This document shows, one piece after another, positions 1-8,771 of a stretch of 34,577 bases of DNA (within the stretch, counting starts at the first letter, position 1; each line of letters starts with the position of its first letter). Below the pieces are notes generated by a model that was not told the DNA's origin, searched no databases, and worked only from the letters and a program-made list of their open reading frames with translations. The stretch is from NCBI GenBank assembly GCA_003222235.1, contig QHVD01000026.1, forward strand, positions 1 to 34,577, given 5' to 3'. Made by a program: the position numbers and the translations under genes. The DNA is from Gemmatimonadota bacterium (GTDB lineage: Bacteria; Gemmatimonadota; Gemmatimonadetes; Gemmatimonadales; GWC2-71-9).

Positions 1-2
1 CG

Positions 3-488
3 GAGCTCTCACGCCTGCTCGAGCCTTATTTCGACCGGCTGCGCCGCCGCAGCGACTACCGCGGCGGTGCGCCCTGGCAGCTGTTTCGGACGGGGCTCGC
101 GTCCGCACCGCACCGGCTTCTCTGGCCCGACCTGGCGCGCCGCCTGAGCGCCGCCGTGCCAGCGCCGGACGTCGTGCCGCTCAACACCGTTTACGGCATC
201 GTCACGCGCAACGCCGACGACGCGCACGCCCTCGCCGCGCTGTTCAACTCCCGGATCCTCACCGCTCTGGCCCGGCTGCGCGCCGATCCCGCGCGCGGCG
301 GCTTCCGGCGGTTCAACGCGCGCGTCGTGCGCGAGCTTCCCGTGCCGCCCGCCGAGCCGGTCGTCTGGCGCGCGCTCGCCGCGGCCGGCCGGCGTGGCGC
401 GGCGGACGACGACGCCGTCGCCGAGCTGTATCAGCTCGATGTCCAGGATCGCCGTGCCCTGGCCGCACTCGTCCCGGATCCTTTCTGA
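3..488 (+). CDS. 3' fragment (5' end outside window) of a DNA methyltransferase / type IIG-like R-M enzyme: TaqI-like C-terminal specificity domain
   Basis: Frame 3 is open from the first base. The translation ELSRLLEPYFDRLRRRSDYRGGAPWQLFR...VVPLNTVYGIV...LAALFNSRILTALARL...GGFRRFNARVVRELPVPP has the layout of the C-terminal target-recognition module of Eco57I/PglX-type N6-adenine methyltransferases. Stop TGA at 486-488. Confidence 0.6.
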   Translation, partial: ELSRLLEPYFDRLRRRSDYRGGAPWQLFRTGLASAPHRLLWPDLARRLSAAVPAPDVVPLNTVYGIVTRNADDAHALAALFNSRILTALARLRADPARGGFRRFNARVVRELPVPPAEPVVWRALAAAGRRGAADDDAVAELYQLDVQDRRALAALVPDPF

Positions 489-2793
489 GCAGCTCGCGCC
501 CCTGCCCGAGCCGCTCGCCTGCCTGCTCCGCGCGGGGGCGGAAGCGCCGCCGGCGGCCGTCGCGGCGCTCGGCGCACGGGCGCTGCTCGACCTCCGAGCG
601 GTGGCGCCGCGGGCATGGCCGTCGTGGCTCGCGCCGCACCAGATCCCCGCCGCAGAACGACTTCTCGCGATGCTCCGCCGCTACGGCGGAGCCCTGCTCG
701 CCGACGCTGTCGGGCTCGGCAAGTCGTACGTCGCGCTCGCGGTGGCGCTCGAGATGCGAGACCCGTTCGCGCTGGTGGTGCCCGCCGTGCTGGTCCACCA
801 GTGGCGTACCCTGCTGGCTCGGCACGACACTGAAGCGCCGATTGTGACGCACGAGTCGCTGAGCGTCAACCCTTGTCGCCCCCTGCCGCCCCGTGCCGCC
901 CCCTACCGCCTCTTCATCGTCGACGAGGCTCACCGGTTCCGAAACCCTGACACCAACCGTTACCGCGCGCTCGCGAAGCTCGTCGTCGGCGCGCGCGCCC
1001 TGCTCGTCACCGCCACGCCAGTGCACAACCAGGTCGCCGATCTGTTTCATCTGTTCCGGCTGTTCCTGCGCGATCACGACCTGACCGCCCTTGGCGTGCC
1101 GTCGCTGCGGCGGGCGGCGCGGGAAGAGGTGCCGCCCGACGCGCTGGCCGCAGTCGCCGCGCGGTTGTCGGTCGCCCGTTCCAGGAGGCGGGTGAGCGCG
1201 GGCTATGAGAAAAGCCCGCTGGTGCTCTCCTTCCCCGAGCGTGGAGTGGGTGAGGTCATCCGAGCCGCCCCCGCCGGCGACTCGCAGCTGGCGGAGTTGA
1301 TCGCCGGGATTCGCGAGCTCGCCGCGGTGGGCGACGCCGCGGCGCTGTTCCGCCTCGTCCTTTTGTCCCAGCTCGGATCCAGTCTCGCCGCGTTCCGAGC
1401 AAGCCTCGGCCGATACGAGGCGTTCCTCGATCTGGCGCGAGACGCGGCGGCCGGGGGGCGGACGCTCGGTCGCAAAGACTTCCAGCGGCTCTTCCCCCCC
1501 GCAGACTCGGACGCGCTGCAACTGACGTTCTTCCCGTTGCTGCTTGCACCGGGCGCGGGGCCCCCGGGGCTGCCGAGCGAACGCGACCGCGCGTTGGCGC
1601 GCCGCCTGCGGGAGCTCTCCGTGCTCACCGAGGACCCCAAAGCCGACGCTCTCGACCGGCTGCTCGGTCCGCGGCCGGAAAAGACCATCGTGTTCGTGCG
1701 GCCGCGCGCCACCGTGCGATATCTGCTGCGCCAGCTGCGCGGCAGGCGCGTCGCTGCGGTCATGGGGGACACCGGCGTGCTTGCGACGGGGCGCGCGGCG
1801 CCCGCCGAGGTGCTGCGCGCCTTCGCGCCTCACGCGCAAGGAGCGGGGGGAGCGGCCGCGCCGGCCGCGGCGCTCGAAACCGACGTCCTGATCGCGACCG
1901 ACCTGTTGAGCGAGGGTCTGAACCTCCAAGACGCGGCGCGCGTGATCCACTACGACCTGCCCTGGACCCCGGCACGGCTGGCTCAACGGGTCGGCCGCAT
2001 CGACCGGCTGGGATCGCCGCACGCCCGCATCGAGGCGATCACGTTTCTGCCCCCGCCGCCGCTCGAGCGCGCGCTTGCGCTGGAGCAGCGTCTGGCGGCG
2101 AAGGTGAGCGCTCAGCGCGCCGCCGGAGCGGCGCAGGTCGAAGCGGTCGCCGGGCCGTCAGGAGAACCCGGCGCCCTCGATTGGTGCGACCGGCTGCAGC
2201 GCCTGCCGGCGGCACCCCAGCCGGCGTCGGTCGGCGCCTGCGCCGGAGTGCTCGCGCCGGAGCGGGCCGTGGCGCTCATCGTGCGGATCGGCGCGCTCGC
2301 GGAAGCACTGGTCGTGACGGATACGGAGGTGCGCGCCGACCCGGCTCAGGCGACCGGACTGCTCGAGCGGGCGGTGGCGCTCGAGCCGCATCCGGTCGAC
2401 CGCGCGCTCCTCGACCGAGCCATCGGACGCGCCGCCCCACTCATCCGGGAGCGTCTCGCGCGGATGGAAGACGCCCGCTGGCGCGCCGAGGACCGCGATC
2501 GGCTCGGCCGCCGGCTCATCCCCTGGGTGCTGACCGCGGCGCGCAGGGCCGCGCGGCGCGGCGACGCACCCGAGCTCGCCCGCCTCGACCAGCTCGTGTC
2601 GCGCCTCGCCCTCGGCATGACCGCCGGGGAAGAGCTGCTACTGGAGGAGCTGCTCGCGCGCCGGACCTCCGTCTCCGTCCACGACCTCCGCGCGTGGCAA
2701 GCGCGGCTGCCGCCGCTCGGCGAGGCGCCGGTTCCCTCGCGTGTCGAGCTCGTGGCGGCCGTGGTGCAGGGGCCCCCGTCCGATACCGGGTGA
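394..2793 (+). CDS. SNF2-family (SF2) helicase/ATPase with a long Ala/Arg/Leu-rich C-terminal extension
   Basis: Motifs read in the 799-aa ORF: LADAVGLGKSYVA (Walker A), FIVDEAHRFRN (DEAH), LLVTATPVHNQVADLFHLFRLF (SNF2 motif III), LIATDLLSEGLNLQDAARVIHYDLPWTPARLAQRVGRIDRLGS (helicase C motifs V/VI). The start is uncertain: 394, ATG 439 or GTG 601. The first two overlap the upstream CDS. Confidence 0.85.
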   Translation: MARRTTTPSPSCISSMSRIAVPWPHSSRILSEQLAPLPEPLACLLRAGAEAPPAAVAALGARALLDLRAVAPRAWPSWLAPHQIPAAERLLAMLRRYGGALLADAVGLGKSYVALAVALEMRDPFALVVPAVLVHQWRTLLARHDTEAPIVTHESLSVNPCRPLPPRAAPYRLFIVDEAHRFRNPDTNRYRALAKLVVGARALLVTATPVHNQVADLFHLFRLFLRDHDLTALGVPSLRRAAREEVPPDALAAVAARLSVARSRRRVSAGYEKSPLVLSFPERGVGEVIRAAPAGDSQLAELIAGIRELAAVGDAAALFRLVLLSQLGSSLAAFRASLGRYEAFLDLARDAAAGGRTLGRKDFQRLFPPADSDALQLTFFPLLLAPGAGPPGLPSERDRALARRLRELSVLTEDPKADALDRLLGPRPEKTIVFVRPRATVRYLLRQLRGRRVAAVMGDTGVLATGRAAPAEVLRAFAPHAQGAGGAAAPAAALETDVLIATDLLSEGLNLQDAARVIHYDLPWTPARLAQRVGRIDRLGSPHARIEAITFLPPPPLERALALEQRLAAKVSAQRAAGAAQVEAVAGPSGEPGALDWCDRLQRLPAAPQPASVGACAGVLAPERAVALIVRIGALAEALVVTDTEVRADPAQATGLLERAVALEPHPVDRALLDRAIGRAAPLIRERLARMEDARWRAEDRDRLGRRLIPWVLTAARRAARRGDAPELARLDQLVSRLALGMTAGEELLLEELLARRTSVSVHDLRAWQARLPPLGEAPVPSRVELVAAVVQGPPSDTG

Positions 2794-3473
2794 AGCGTAC
2801 GGTCGCGGCGACAGCGGCCGTGACGTTAGCTTCCGGCGTGCTCTCCACGTTTCTCTTCGACCTCGACGGCACACTCATCGACTCGATCGAGCTGATCCTG
2901 CGATCGTACCGGCACACCATGCGCGCCCATCGCGGGCTCGAGCCGCCGGACGAGGTGTGGATGCAGGGCCTCGGGACGCCGCTCTGGGTGCAGTTCCACC
3001 ACTGGACCGAGGATCCCGCCGAGATCGAGGCCATGGTGGCCACGTACCGCGCCTACAACCTCGAGCACCACGACGAGCTGGTGCGGCCGTACGAGGGCGT
3101 CGTTGCCGCGGTGCGGGATCTCCGGAAGAACGGAAAGACGCTGGGGCTCGTGACGAGCAAGATACGGGAGGGCGCCCTTCGCGGGCTCCAGGTCGCCGGG
3201 CTCGAAGACGGCTTCGAGGTGATCGTCGGCGCCGACGACGTTACGCACCCCAAGCCGCACCCGGAGCCGGTATTGAAGGCGCTCGAGCGGCTGGGCGCGC
3301 CCGCCGCCGACACCGTGTTCATCGGTGATTCGCGCCACGACATCGAGTGCGGCCGAGCCGCAGGGGTGAAAACGGCCGCCGTGTTGTGGGGGCCGTTCGA
3401 TCGTACTTACCTCGCGGACCTCGTGCCCGACTATTGGCTGGAGCGACCGGAAGACCTCGCCACGTTGGCGTAG
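2790..3473 (+). CDS. HAD-superfamily hydrolase (phosphoglycolate phosphatase / PpaX-like, subfamily IA)
   Basis: Motifs FLFDLDGTLIDS (motif I DxDGT), LVTSK (motif II) and FIGDSRHDIECGRAAG (motif IV). GTG at 2790 overlaps the SNF2 stop as GTGA. The 430-aa track ORF from 2181 is an out-of-frame overlap of the SNF2 gene. Confidence 0.85.
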   Translation: MKRTVAATAAVTLASGVLSTFLFDLDGTLIDSIELILRSYRHTMRAHRGLEPPDEVWMQGLGTPLWVQFHHWTEDPAEIEAMVATYRAYNLEHHDELVRPYEGVVAAVRDLRKNGKTLGLVTSKIREGALRGLQVAGLEDGFEVIVGADDVTHPKPHPEPVLKALERLGAPAADTVFIGDSRHDIECGRAAGVKTAAVLWGPFDRTYLADLVPDYWLERPEDLATLA

Positions 3474-3490
3474 GGAGCGCAGTTTATTGG

Positions 3491-3518
3491 CACCTGACAC
3501 CCGACACCCAGCACCTAT
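3491..3518. repeat. Degenerate heptamer array CACCYRR x4 (reverse complement of the GGTGTCG family), ending at the aminotransferase ATG
   Basis: The sequence reads cacctga cacccga cacccag cacctat directly before ATG 3517. The same family, in inverse orientation, occurs at 23748-23769 inside lhr. Confidence 0.6.
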
Positions 3519-4641
3519 GCCTTTCATCCCCTTCGACCTCGAGCGCTGGCAGAGCACCTGGGAAAACCGGGTGCGCTACAACCTGTCCGAATCGGGCGTC
3601 CACCCGCTCTCGATCGGGGAGCTGCTCGAGCTCGCCGGCGCACCGGCACGGCCGCTTCTCGAGGTGCGGCTCGGTTATAGCCAATCGAACGGGACCGACC
3701 TGCTCCGCAGCCGCATCGCGACGCTGTATCCTGGGGTCTCGCCCGACCAGATCCTCGTGACTACCGGCAGCTCGGAGGCGAGCTTCGTGGTCTGCTGGCG
3801 GCTGATCGAGCCGCGAGACAAGGTCGCCGTCATGCTGCCGAACTATCTGCAAACGTGGGGGCTGGCGCAGACCTTCGGCGCCGAGGTGAGCGGCTTCCAT
3901 CTGCGTCCAGAGCGGCAGTGGGAGCCGGCGCCCGAGGAGATCCGTGCTGCGATTGCGCCCGGGACGAAGCTCGTCGTGGTCACGAACCCTCACAACCCCA
4001 CGGGCCATGTGCTCTCGAACGACATGCGCGACGCGATCGTCGAGCGCGCGGCGGAAGTCGGAGCGTGGCTGCTCGCCGACGAAGTGTACCAGGGGGCCGA
4101 GGTCGACGGCCGTACGACCCCGTCCTTCTGGGGAAGCTACGAGCGGGTGATCGTGGTGAACGGGCTGTCCAAGGCGTACGGGCTGCCGGGGCTGCGCATC
4201 GGCTGGCTCATCGCGCCGCCGGGGTTCTCGGCTGAAGCCTGGGCGCGGCACGACTACACCACCATCGGACCCTCAGGGGCGAGCGACCACCTCGCCGCCG
4301 TGGCGCTCGAGCCCCGGGTGCGTGGAGAGCTGCTCGCACGTACCCGTCGCATCCTTCGGACCAACTACCCGGTGCTCGAGACGTGGCTCAGGGGCTTCGG
4401 GGACACGTTCAGCTGGCAGCCACCGCAGGCAGGCGCCATCTGTCTCGTGAAGTACCGCCAGGCGGTCGGCGCGCTCGACGTCGTGGAGAGGGTGCGTGCC
4501 GAGTACGACGTGCTGCTCGTGCCGGGGGATCATTTCGGACTCCCGAACCACCTCCGCTTCGGCTACGGGGAGGAACTGCACCATTTCAAGGACGCGCTGG
4601 CCGAAACGGAGCGTGGCTTGAGGCGCGTCTTCACCGACTGA
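3517..4641 (+). CDS. Pyridoxal-phosphate-dependent aminotransferase, class I/II
   Basis: Motifs NPHNPTG and the PLP-lysine motif LSKAYGLPGLRIGW, with overall fold-type I layout. ATG 3517 is preferred over the TTG at 3487 used by the track. Confidence 0.85.
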   Translation: MPFIPFDLERWQSTWENRVRYNLSESGVHPLSIGELLELAGAPARPLLEVRLGYSQSNGTDLLRSRIATLYPGVSPDQILVTTGSSEASFVVCWRLIEPRDKVAVMLPNYLQTWGLAQTFGAEVSGFHLRPERQWEPAPEEIRAAIAPGTKLVVVTNPHNPTGHVLSNDMRDAIVERAAEVGAWLLADEVYQGAEVDGRTTPSFWGSYERVIVVNGLSKAYGLPGLRIGWLIAPPGFSAEAWARHDYTTIGPSGASDHLAAVALEPRVRGELLARTRRILRTNYPVLETWLRGFGDTFSWQPPQAGAICLVKYRQAVGALDVVERVRAEYDVLLVPGDHFGLPNHLRFGYGEELHHFKDALAETERGLRRVFTD

Positions 4642-4642
4642 G

Positions 4643-5542
4643 ATGCGGGTCGTCCCGCTCGAAGCGTTCCGGGAAAAGATCCCGTTCGCGGTCGCCGTGC
4701 GGGCGGTGGAGCGAGGGTTCCGCGCCCTCGCGCTCGGCGAGGCGACGCTCCCCGACCCGCTGGTGATGGAGCTGGCCGAGCAGCGGGCCGAGGTGCACGT
4801 GAAGGGGGCGCACCTGCGCGGCGGGCCTCACATCGTGCTCAAGCTCGCAACCGGGTTCTACCGGAACCGCGAGCGGGGGTTGCCCTCCGGCGACGGCATG
4901 TTCCTGCTGCTCGACGCCGAGACGGGCGCGCCCGAGATGCTGCTCGAGGAGCACGGCTACCTCACCGACCTGCGCACGGCCGCCGCGGTGGCGCTGACGC
5001 TCGAGTACCTCGCGCCGAAAGAGGAGAAGCAAGCGTTGCTCGTGGGGGCGGGCGCGCTTGCCCGGCTCACCGCCCGCGCCATGCTCGCCGAGCGGCCGCT
5101 GGAGCGGCTCACGCTGTGGAACCGCAGCCGCGAGCGCGCGGAGGCGCTCGCCCGTGAGCTCGCGCCGCTCGTGGAGGTGCGGGTCGCCCCGGCGCTCGAG
5201 CCAGCAGTGCGCGATCACCGCGTGATCGTCACCGCGACCGCGAGCACGACGGTCGGCACGGGCAGTCCCGAAAAGATCGAGCTCGAGCCGGCGCTCCTCG
5301 CTCGGGCGGACAAGCTCGTCGCCGACCGCGTATCTCAGACCGAGCGCTACGGCAACCTGCACCACGCGATCGCCGCCGGCCTGGTCACGCGCGCCAGGGT
5401 CTACGGCGAGCTCGGCGACCTGGCTGCGGGCCGGCTCGCCGGACGCGAGCGGCCGGGCGAGCTCACCGTGGCCGACCTTACCGGGGTCGGCGTCCAGGAC
5501 GCCGCCATAGCGCAGTCGGTCATCGAGGTGTTGGGCCTGTAA
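4643..5542 (+). CDS. Ornithine cyclodeaminase / mu-crystallin family protein
   Basis: HGYLTDLRTAAAVALTLEYLA followed by the Rossmann segment LLVGAGALAR is typical of the OCD/mu-crystallin family. The ATG lies 1 nt after the aminotransferase stop. Confidence 0.75.
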   Translation: MRVVPLEAFREKIPFAVAVRAVERGFRALALGEATLPDPLVMELAEQRAEVHVKGAHLRGGPHIVLKLATGFYRNRERGLPSGDGMFLLLDAETGAPEMLLEEHGYLTDLRTAAAVALTLEYLAPKEEKQALLVGAGALARLTARAMLAERPLERLTLWNRSRERAEALARELAPLVEVRVAPALEPAVRDHRVIVTATASTTVGTGSPEKIELEPALLARADKLVADRVSQTERYGNLHHAIAAGLVTRARVYGELGDLAAGRLAGRERPGELTVADLTGVGVQDAAIAQSVIEVLGL

Positions 5543-5544
5543 TC

Positions 5545-5561
5545 GAGCGGCCCGCCCGCTC
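5545..5561. terminator. Short GC hairpin between convergent genes (possible bidirectional terminator)
   Basis: GAGCGG-cccgc-CCGCTC lies between the OCD-family stop (5540-5542) and the pit stop (5560-5562). There is no U-tract. Confidence 0.25.
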
Positions 5562-6601
5562 AGCGCAGCACGCCCCGTAAGACCACGTAACTCAACCCCG
5601 CGATCCCCGCCGCCGCCGGGATGGTGAGAATCCAGGCCCACACGATCCGCCCGGCCACACCCCACCGCACCGCCGACAGCCGGCCGGTGCGCCGCGCCGA
5701 CCCCGGAGATCGCGCCGGTGATCGTGTGCGTCGTGCTCACGGGGATGCCGAAGTACGAGGCGAGCGAGATGGTGAATGCCGCGCCGGTCTCGGCGCAGAA
5801 GCCGCCGAACGGGGTCAGCTTCGTCAGACGCTGCCCCATCGTCTTCACGATCCGCCAGCCGCCGGCCATCGTGCCCGAGGCGATGGCGAGGTAGGCGGCG
5901 ACCACCACCCAACCCGGCACCGTGTCGGCCGAGGTGAGGTGCAGCGCCCGAATCGGAAAGTCCTTGAACACCCCCTGCTCCGCCACCAGCAGGCTGACGA
6001 TGATGCCCATCGTCTTTTGCGAGTCGTTGCTGCCGTGGCTGAGCGACATGCTGCTGGCCGAGACGAGCTGCAGCAGGCGGAACGCCCGATCCACTTGCCG
6101 CGGCCGGGCGCGGCGCAGGGCCCAGGACAGCCCCACGGTCATGAGGAAGGCGACTATGAGGCCCAGAAGCGGGGAGGCCACGATGAACGCCAATGTGGAG
6201 ATCCACTTGCCGGGAAGGACGAGCGCGGCCGTTCCGGCCTTCGCCATCGCCGAGCCCGCGTAGCCGCCGATCAGGGCGTGCGAGGAGGACGACGGCAAGC
6301 CGGCGTACCACGTGATGAGGTTCCAGGCGATCGCGCCGATGAGCCCGGCGAGGATGACGGTGGCGTCCACGACCGCGAGGTCCACCATCCCCTTCGCGAT
6401 GTTCTTCGCGACCGCCGTGCCGAACACGAACACGGCGGCGAAGTTGAAGAATGCGGCCCACCCCACGGCGATGAACGGGGAAAGCACCCGGGTCGAGACC
6501 ACGGTCGCGATCGAGTTCGCGCTGTCGTGGAATCCGTTGATGAAGTCGAAGACGAACGCGACCAGGACGATCGCGAGGACGAACCACACCGTGGGCACCA
6601 T
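5560..6601 (-). pseudogene. pit: PiT-family inorganic phosphate transporter carrying a single-base frameshift near its 3' end
   Basis: From ATG 6601 the protein reads MVPTVWFVLAIVLVAFVFDFINGFHDSANSIATVVSTR ... SNDSQKTMGII ... VSTTHTITGAISGVG. The conserved tail ARRTGRLSAVRWGVAGRIVWAWILTIPAAAGIAGLSYVVLRGVLR* then continues in a different frame. The span is 1042 nt, which is 3n+1. The uninterrupted frame runs on as antisense of the OCD gene and creates the 687-aa track ORF. Confidence 0.8.
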
Positions 6602-7260
6602 CAGGCGTGCTTGAGCGTGATGGACTCGAGCACGTTGGCGACGTCCTCGGACTGGTCGAGAGTCAGCTCGAGGTTGTCGTAGATCTCCTTCCATTTGATC
6701 AGTTCCACGGCGTCGCGCTCCTTGTCGAACAGCCGGCCGAGCGAGTCATGGTAGATTGCGTCGCCCTCCTCCTCGAGGCGCTTCGCCTCGATGCAGTAGC
6801 GCATCACGTCGTCGCCCTTCTTGAGCCGGCCCACCCCTTCGCCGAGCACGCCGACCATGCGCTCGATCACGTCGGTGAGCTGTTTTACGCCCTCGGGCGC
6901 CACACCCAGGCGGAAGATCTGCGAGCGCCGCGCAGTCCCGTCCATCGCGTCCATCACGTCGTCCAGGTCGGAGGCGAGCTGGTGGATGTCCTCGCGGTCG
7001 AGCGGCGTGATGAAGGTGCGGTCGAGCCGGTTCACCACCTCGTGGGTGAGCTGGTCGGCTTCGTGCTCGAGACGCTTGATCGCTTCGATGTAGGGGATGC
7101 GGCGCTCGGGGGGCGCAGCGAACAGCTCGCGCAGGAGCCGGGCCGCCTCCTTGTTGCGCTCGGCGACCGCCACGAACAGATCGAAGAATTCCTCTTCCCG
7201 CGGCAACAGGCGCACGACGATGCTCTCCCTCGTCGGGGTGCAATCCGTGGCGGACAACAT
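6601..7260 (-). CDS. DUF47 / PhoU-like phosphate-transport regulator (TIGR00153-type partner of PiT)
   Basis: LLPREEEFFDLFVAVAERNKEAARLL...EHEADQLTHEV...PLDREDIHQLASDLDDVMD...LEEEGDAIY is the two-repeat DUF47 pattern. The stop overlaps the pit ATG by one base. A likelier start is GTG 7215, which is preceded by AGGGAG. Confidence 0.8.
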   Translation of the reverse strand: MLSATDCTPTRESIVVRLLPREEEFFDLFVAVAERNKEAARLLRELFAAPPERRIPYIEAIKRLEHEADQLTHEVVNRLDRTFITPLDREDIHQLASDLDDVMDAMDGTARRSQIFRLGVAPEGVKQLTDVIERMVGVLGEGVGRLKKGDDVMRYCIEAKRLEEEGDAIYHDSLGRLFDKERDAVELIKWKEIYDNLELTLDQSEDVANVLESITLKHA

Positions 7261-7324
7261 AGCGGCCCGCGGCGGGAGCCACTAGGTTACCACGCGAACT
7301 TCGACCCAGGGTGAGGATCGCCGG

Positions 7325-8770
7325 ATGGCCACCACGCAGCCGCCTCAGACGGACTTCGTCAAGGCGATTTCCCGACTCGACGCCACCGCGCTCGTCGTGG
7401 GCTCGATGATCGGCTCGGGGATCTTCATCGTCTCCGCGGAGATCCTTCGCGAAGTCCACACCCCGGGCCTGCTGCTCCTCGTGTGGGGCCTGTCGGGAGT
7501 GGTCACCTTGATGGGGGCCCTCACCTACGGGGAGCTCGCCGCCATGTTCCCGAACGCGGGCGGCCAGTACGTCTACCTGCGCGAAGGCATCTCGCCGCTC
7601 TTCGGCTACCTCTACGGATGGACCCTGTTCGTCGTGATCCAGACGGGCACGATCGCCGCGGTCGCCGTGGCGTTCGCGCGGTTCACGTCGGTGCTCGTCC
7701 CCGCGCTGAGCCCCGACGTGTGGCCCGGCTTCGGCACCACCATCACCCTGCCGCAGCCAATCGGGACGCTCATCGTCGGCTTCTCTCCCCAGCGCGTGTT
7801 CGCAATCCTCTCGATCGTGTTGCTCACCTGGGTCAACGTGCGGGGGGTGCGGACGGCCGCGATCGTGCAGACCAGCTTCACGACGGTCAAGACCGCGGCG
7901 CTGGCCGCGCTGATCCTGCTAGGACTCACCATCGGGCGGAACGCGGTCGCCACCGCCGCGAACTTCGGCGCGGGGTTCTGGCCGGCGGAGGGGCTGACGC
8001 CGGCGCTCCTCCCTGTGATCGGGGCCGCGACGGTCGGCTCGCTCTTCTCGATGGACGCCTGGAACAACGTCGGCTTCGCGGCGGCCGAGCTAAAGAACCC
8101 CCGGAAGGACCTGCCGTTCGCGATGGCGGCAGGGGTGCTCACCGTGACGCTGCTCTACCTGCTGGCCAACGTGGCGTACCTCAACGTGCTGCCCGCCGCG
8201 GCGATCGCCAACGCCCCGCAGGACCGCGTCGGCACGGCCGCCCTGCAGGCGATCTTCGGCGAGCCGGGCCTCTATATGATGGCTGCGGCCATCATGATCT
8301 CGACCTTCGGCTGCAACAACGGACTCATCCTGTCGGGCGCGCGAGTGTACTACGCCATGTCGCGCGACGACCTGTTCTTCAAGTCGGCGGGCGTGCTGCA
8401 CCCGCAATACAAGACGCCAACCGTCGCGCTGGTCGTGCAGGCCGTCTGGACGAGCGTGCTGTGCTTATCCGGCTCGTACAGCCAGCTCCTCAACTATGTG
8501 ATATTCGCCGCCCTTCTGTTCTACCTGCTCACCGCGCTCGGCTTGTTCGCGCTGCGCAGCAAGCGCCCGGGCGCCGAGCGGCCCGTGCGCGCACCGGGCT
8601 ATCCCTGGCTCCCCGCGCTGTACGTCGTGATGACCGGGCTCATCGCTCTGGATCTGCTGTTCAATGCGACGACGCGGACGTACAGCGCCCTGGGCCTCGG
8701 CTTCGTCCTGGCCGGAGTACCGGTGTACTACCTGTGGCGCCGGTTCGTCGCGCGGGGGCGGTCGGGGTGA
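7325..8770 (+). CDS. APC-superfamily amino-acid permease
   Basis: The protein is 481 aa with about 12 hydrophobic segments. The N-terminal signature is LVVGSMIGSGIFIVSAEI...GALTYGELAAMFPNAGGQYVYL. Confidence 0.85.
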   Translation: MATTQPPQTDFVKAISRLDATALVVGSMIGSGIFIVSAEILREVHTPGLLLLVWGLSGVVTLMGALTYGELAAMFPNAGGQYVYLREGISPLFGYLYGWTLFVVIQTGTIAAVAVAFARFTSVLVPALSPDVWPGFGTTITLPQPIGTLIVGFSPQRVFAILSIVLLTWVNVRGVRTAAIVQTSFTTVKTAALAALILLGLTIGRNAVATAANFGAGFWPAEGLTPALLPVIGAATVGSLFSMDAWNNVGFAAAELKNPRKDLPFAMAAGVLTVTLLYLLANVAYLNVLPAAAIANAPQDRVGTAALQAIFGEPGLYMMAAAIMISTFGCNNGLILSGARVYYAMSRDDLFFKSAGVLHPQYKTPTVALVVQAVWTSVLCLSGSYSQLLNYVIFAALLFYLLTALGLFALRSKRPGAERPVRAPGYPWLPALYVVMTGLIALDLLFNATTRTYSALGLGFVLAGVPVYYLWRRFVARGRSG

Positions 8771-8771
8771 G

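Noticed and set aside
313-2022. 569-aa ORF on the minus strand
   Set aside because: It is antisense to the SNF2 helicase, whose motifs are unambiguous. The translation is Arg/Gly/Pro-rich low-complexity sequence, typical of wrong-frame ORFs in high-GC DNA.
1-2793. Calling the methylase + SNF2 pair a DISARM or BREX system
   Set aside because: Only two compatible components are visible and the downstream genes are housekeeping. The diagnostic genes (drmA/B/C or pglZ/brxC) would have to lie outside the window, so this stays a hypothesis.
2181-3473. 430-aa ORF taken as one long HAD protein
   Set aside because: The first ~200 codons are an Arg/Ala-rich alternative frame of the SNF2 gene. The HAD domain begins right after GTG 2790.
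4631-6694. 687-aa minus-strand ORF
   Set aside because: Only residues from MVPTVW (ATG 6601) to ...GAISGVG are real PiT sequence. The remainder is frameshift read-through, antisense to the OCD-family gene. The first 31 codons overlap the DUF47 gene.
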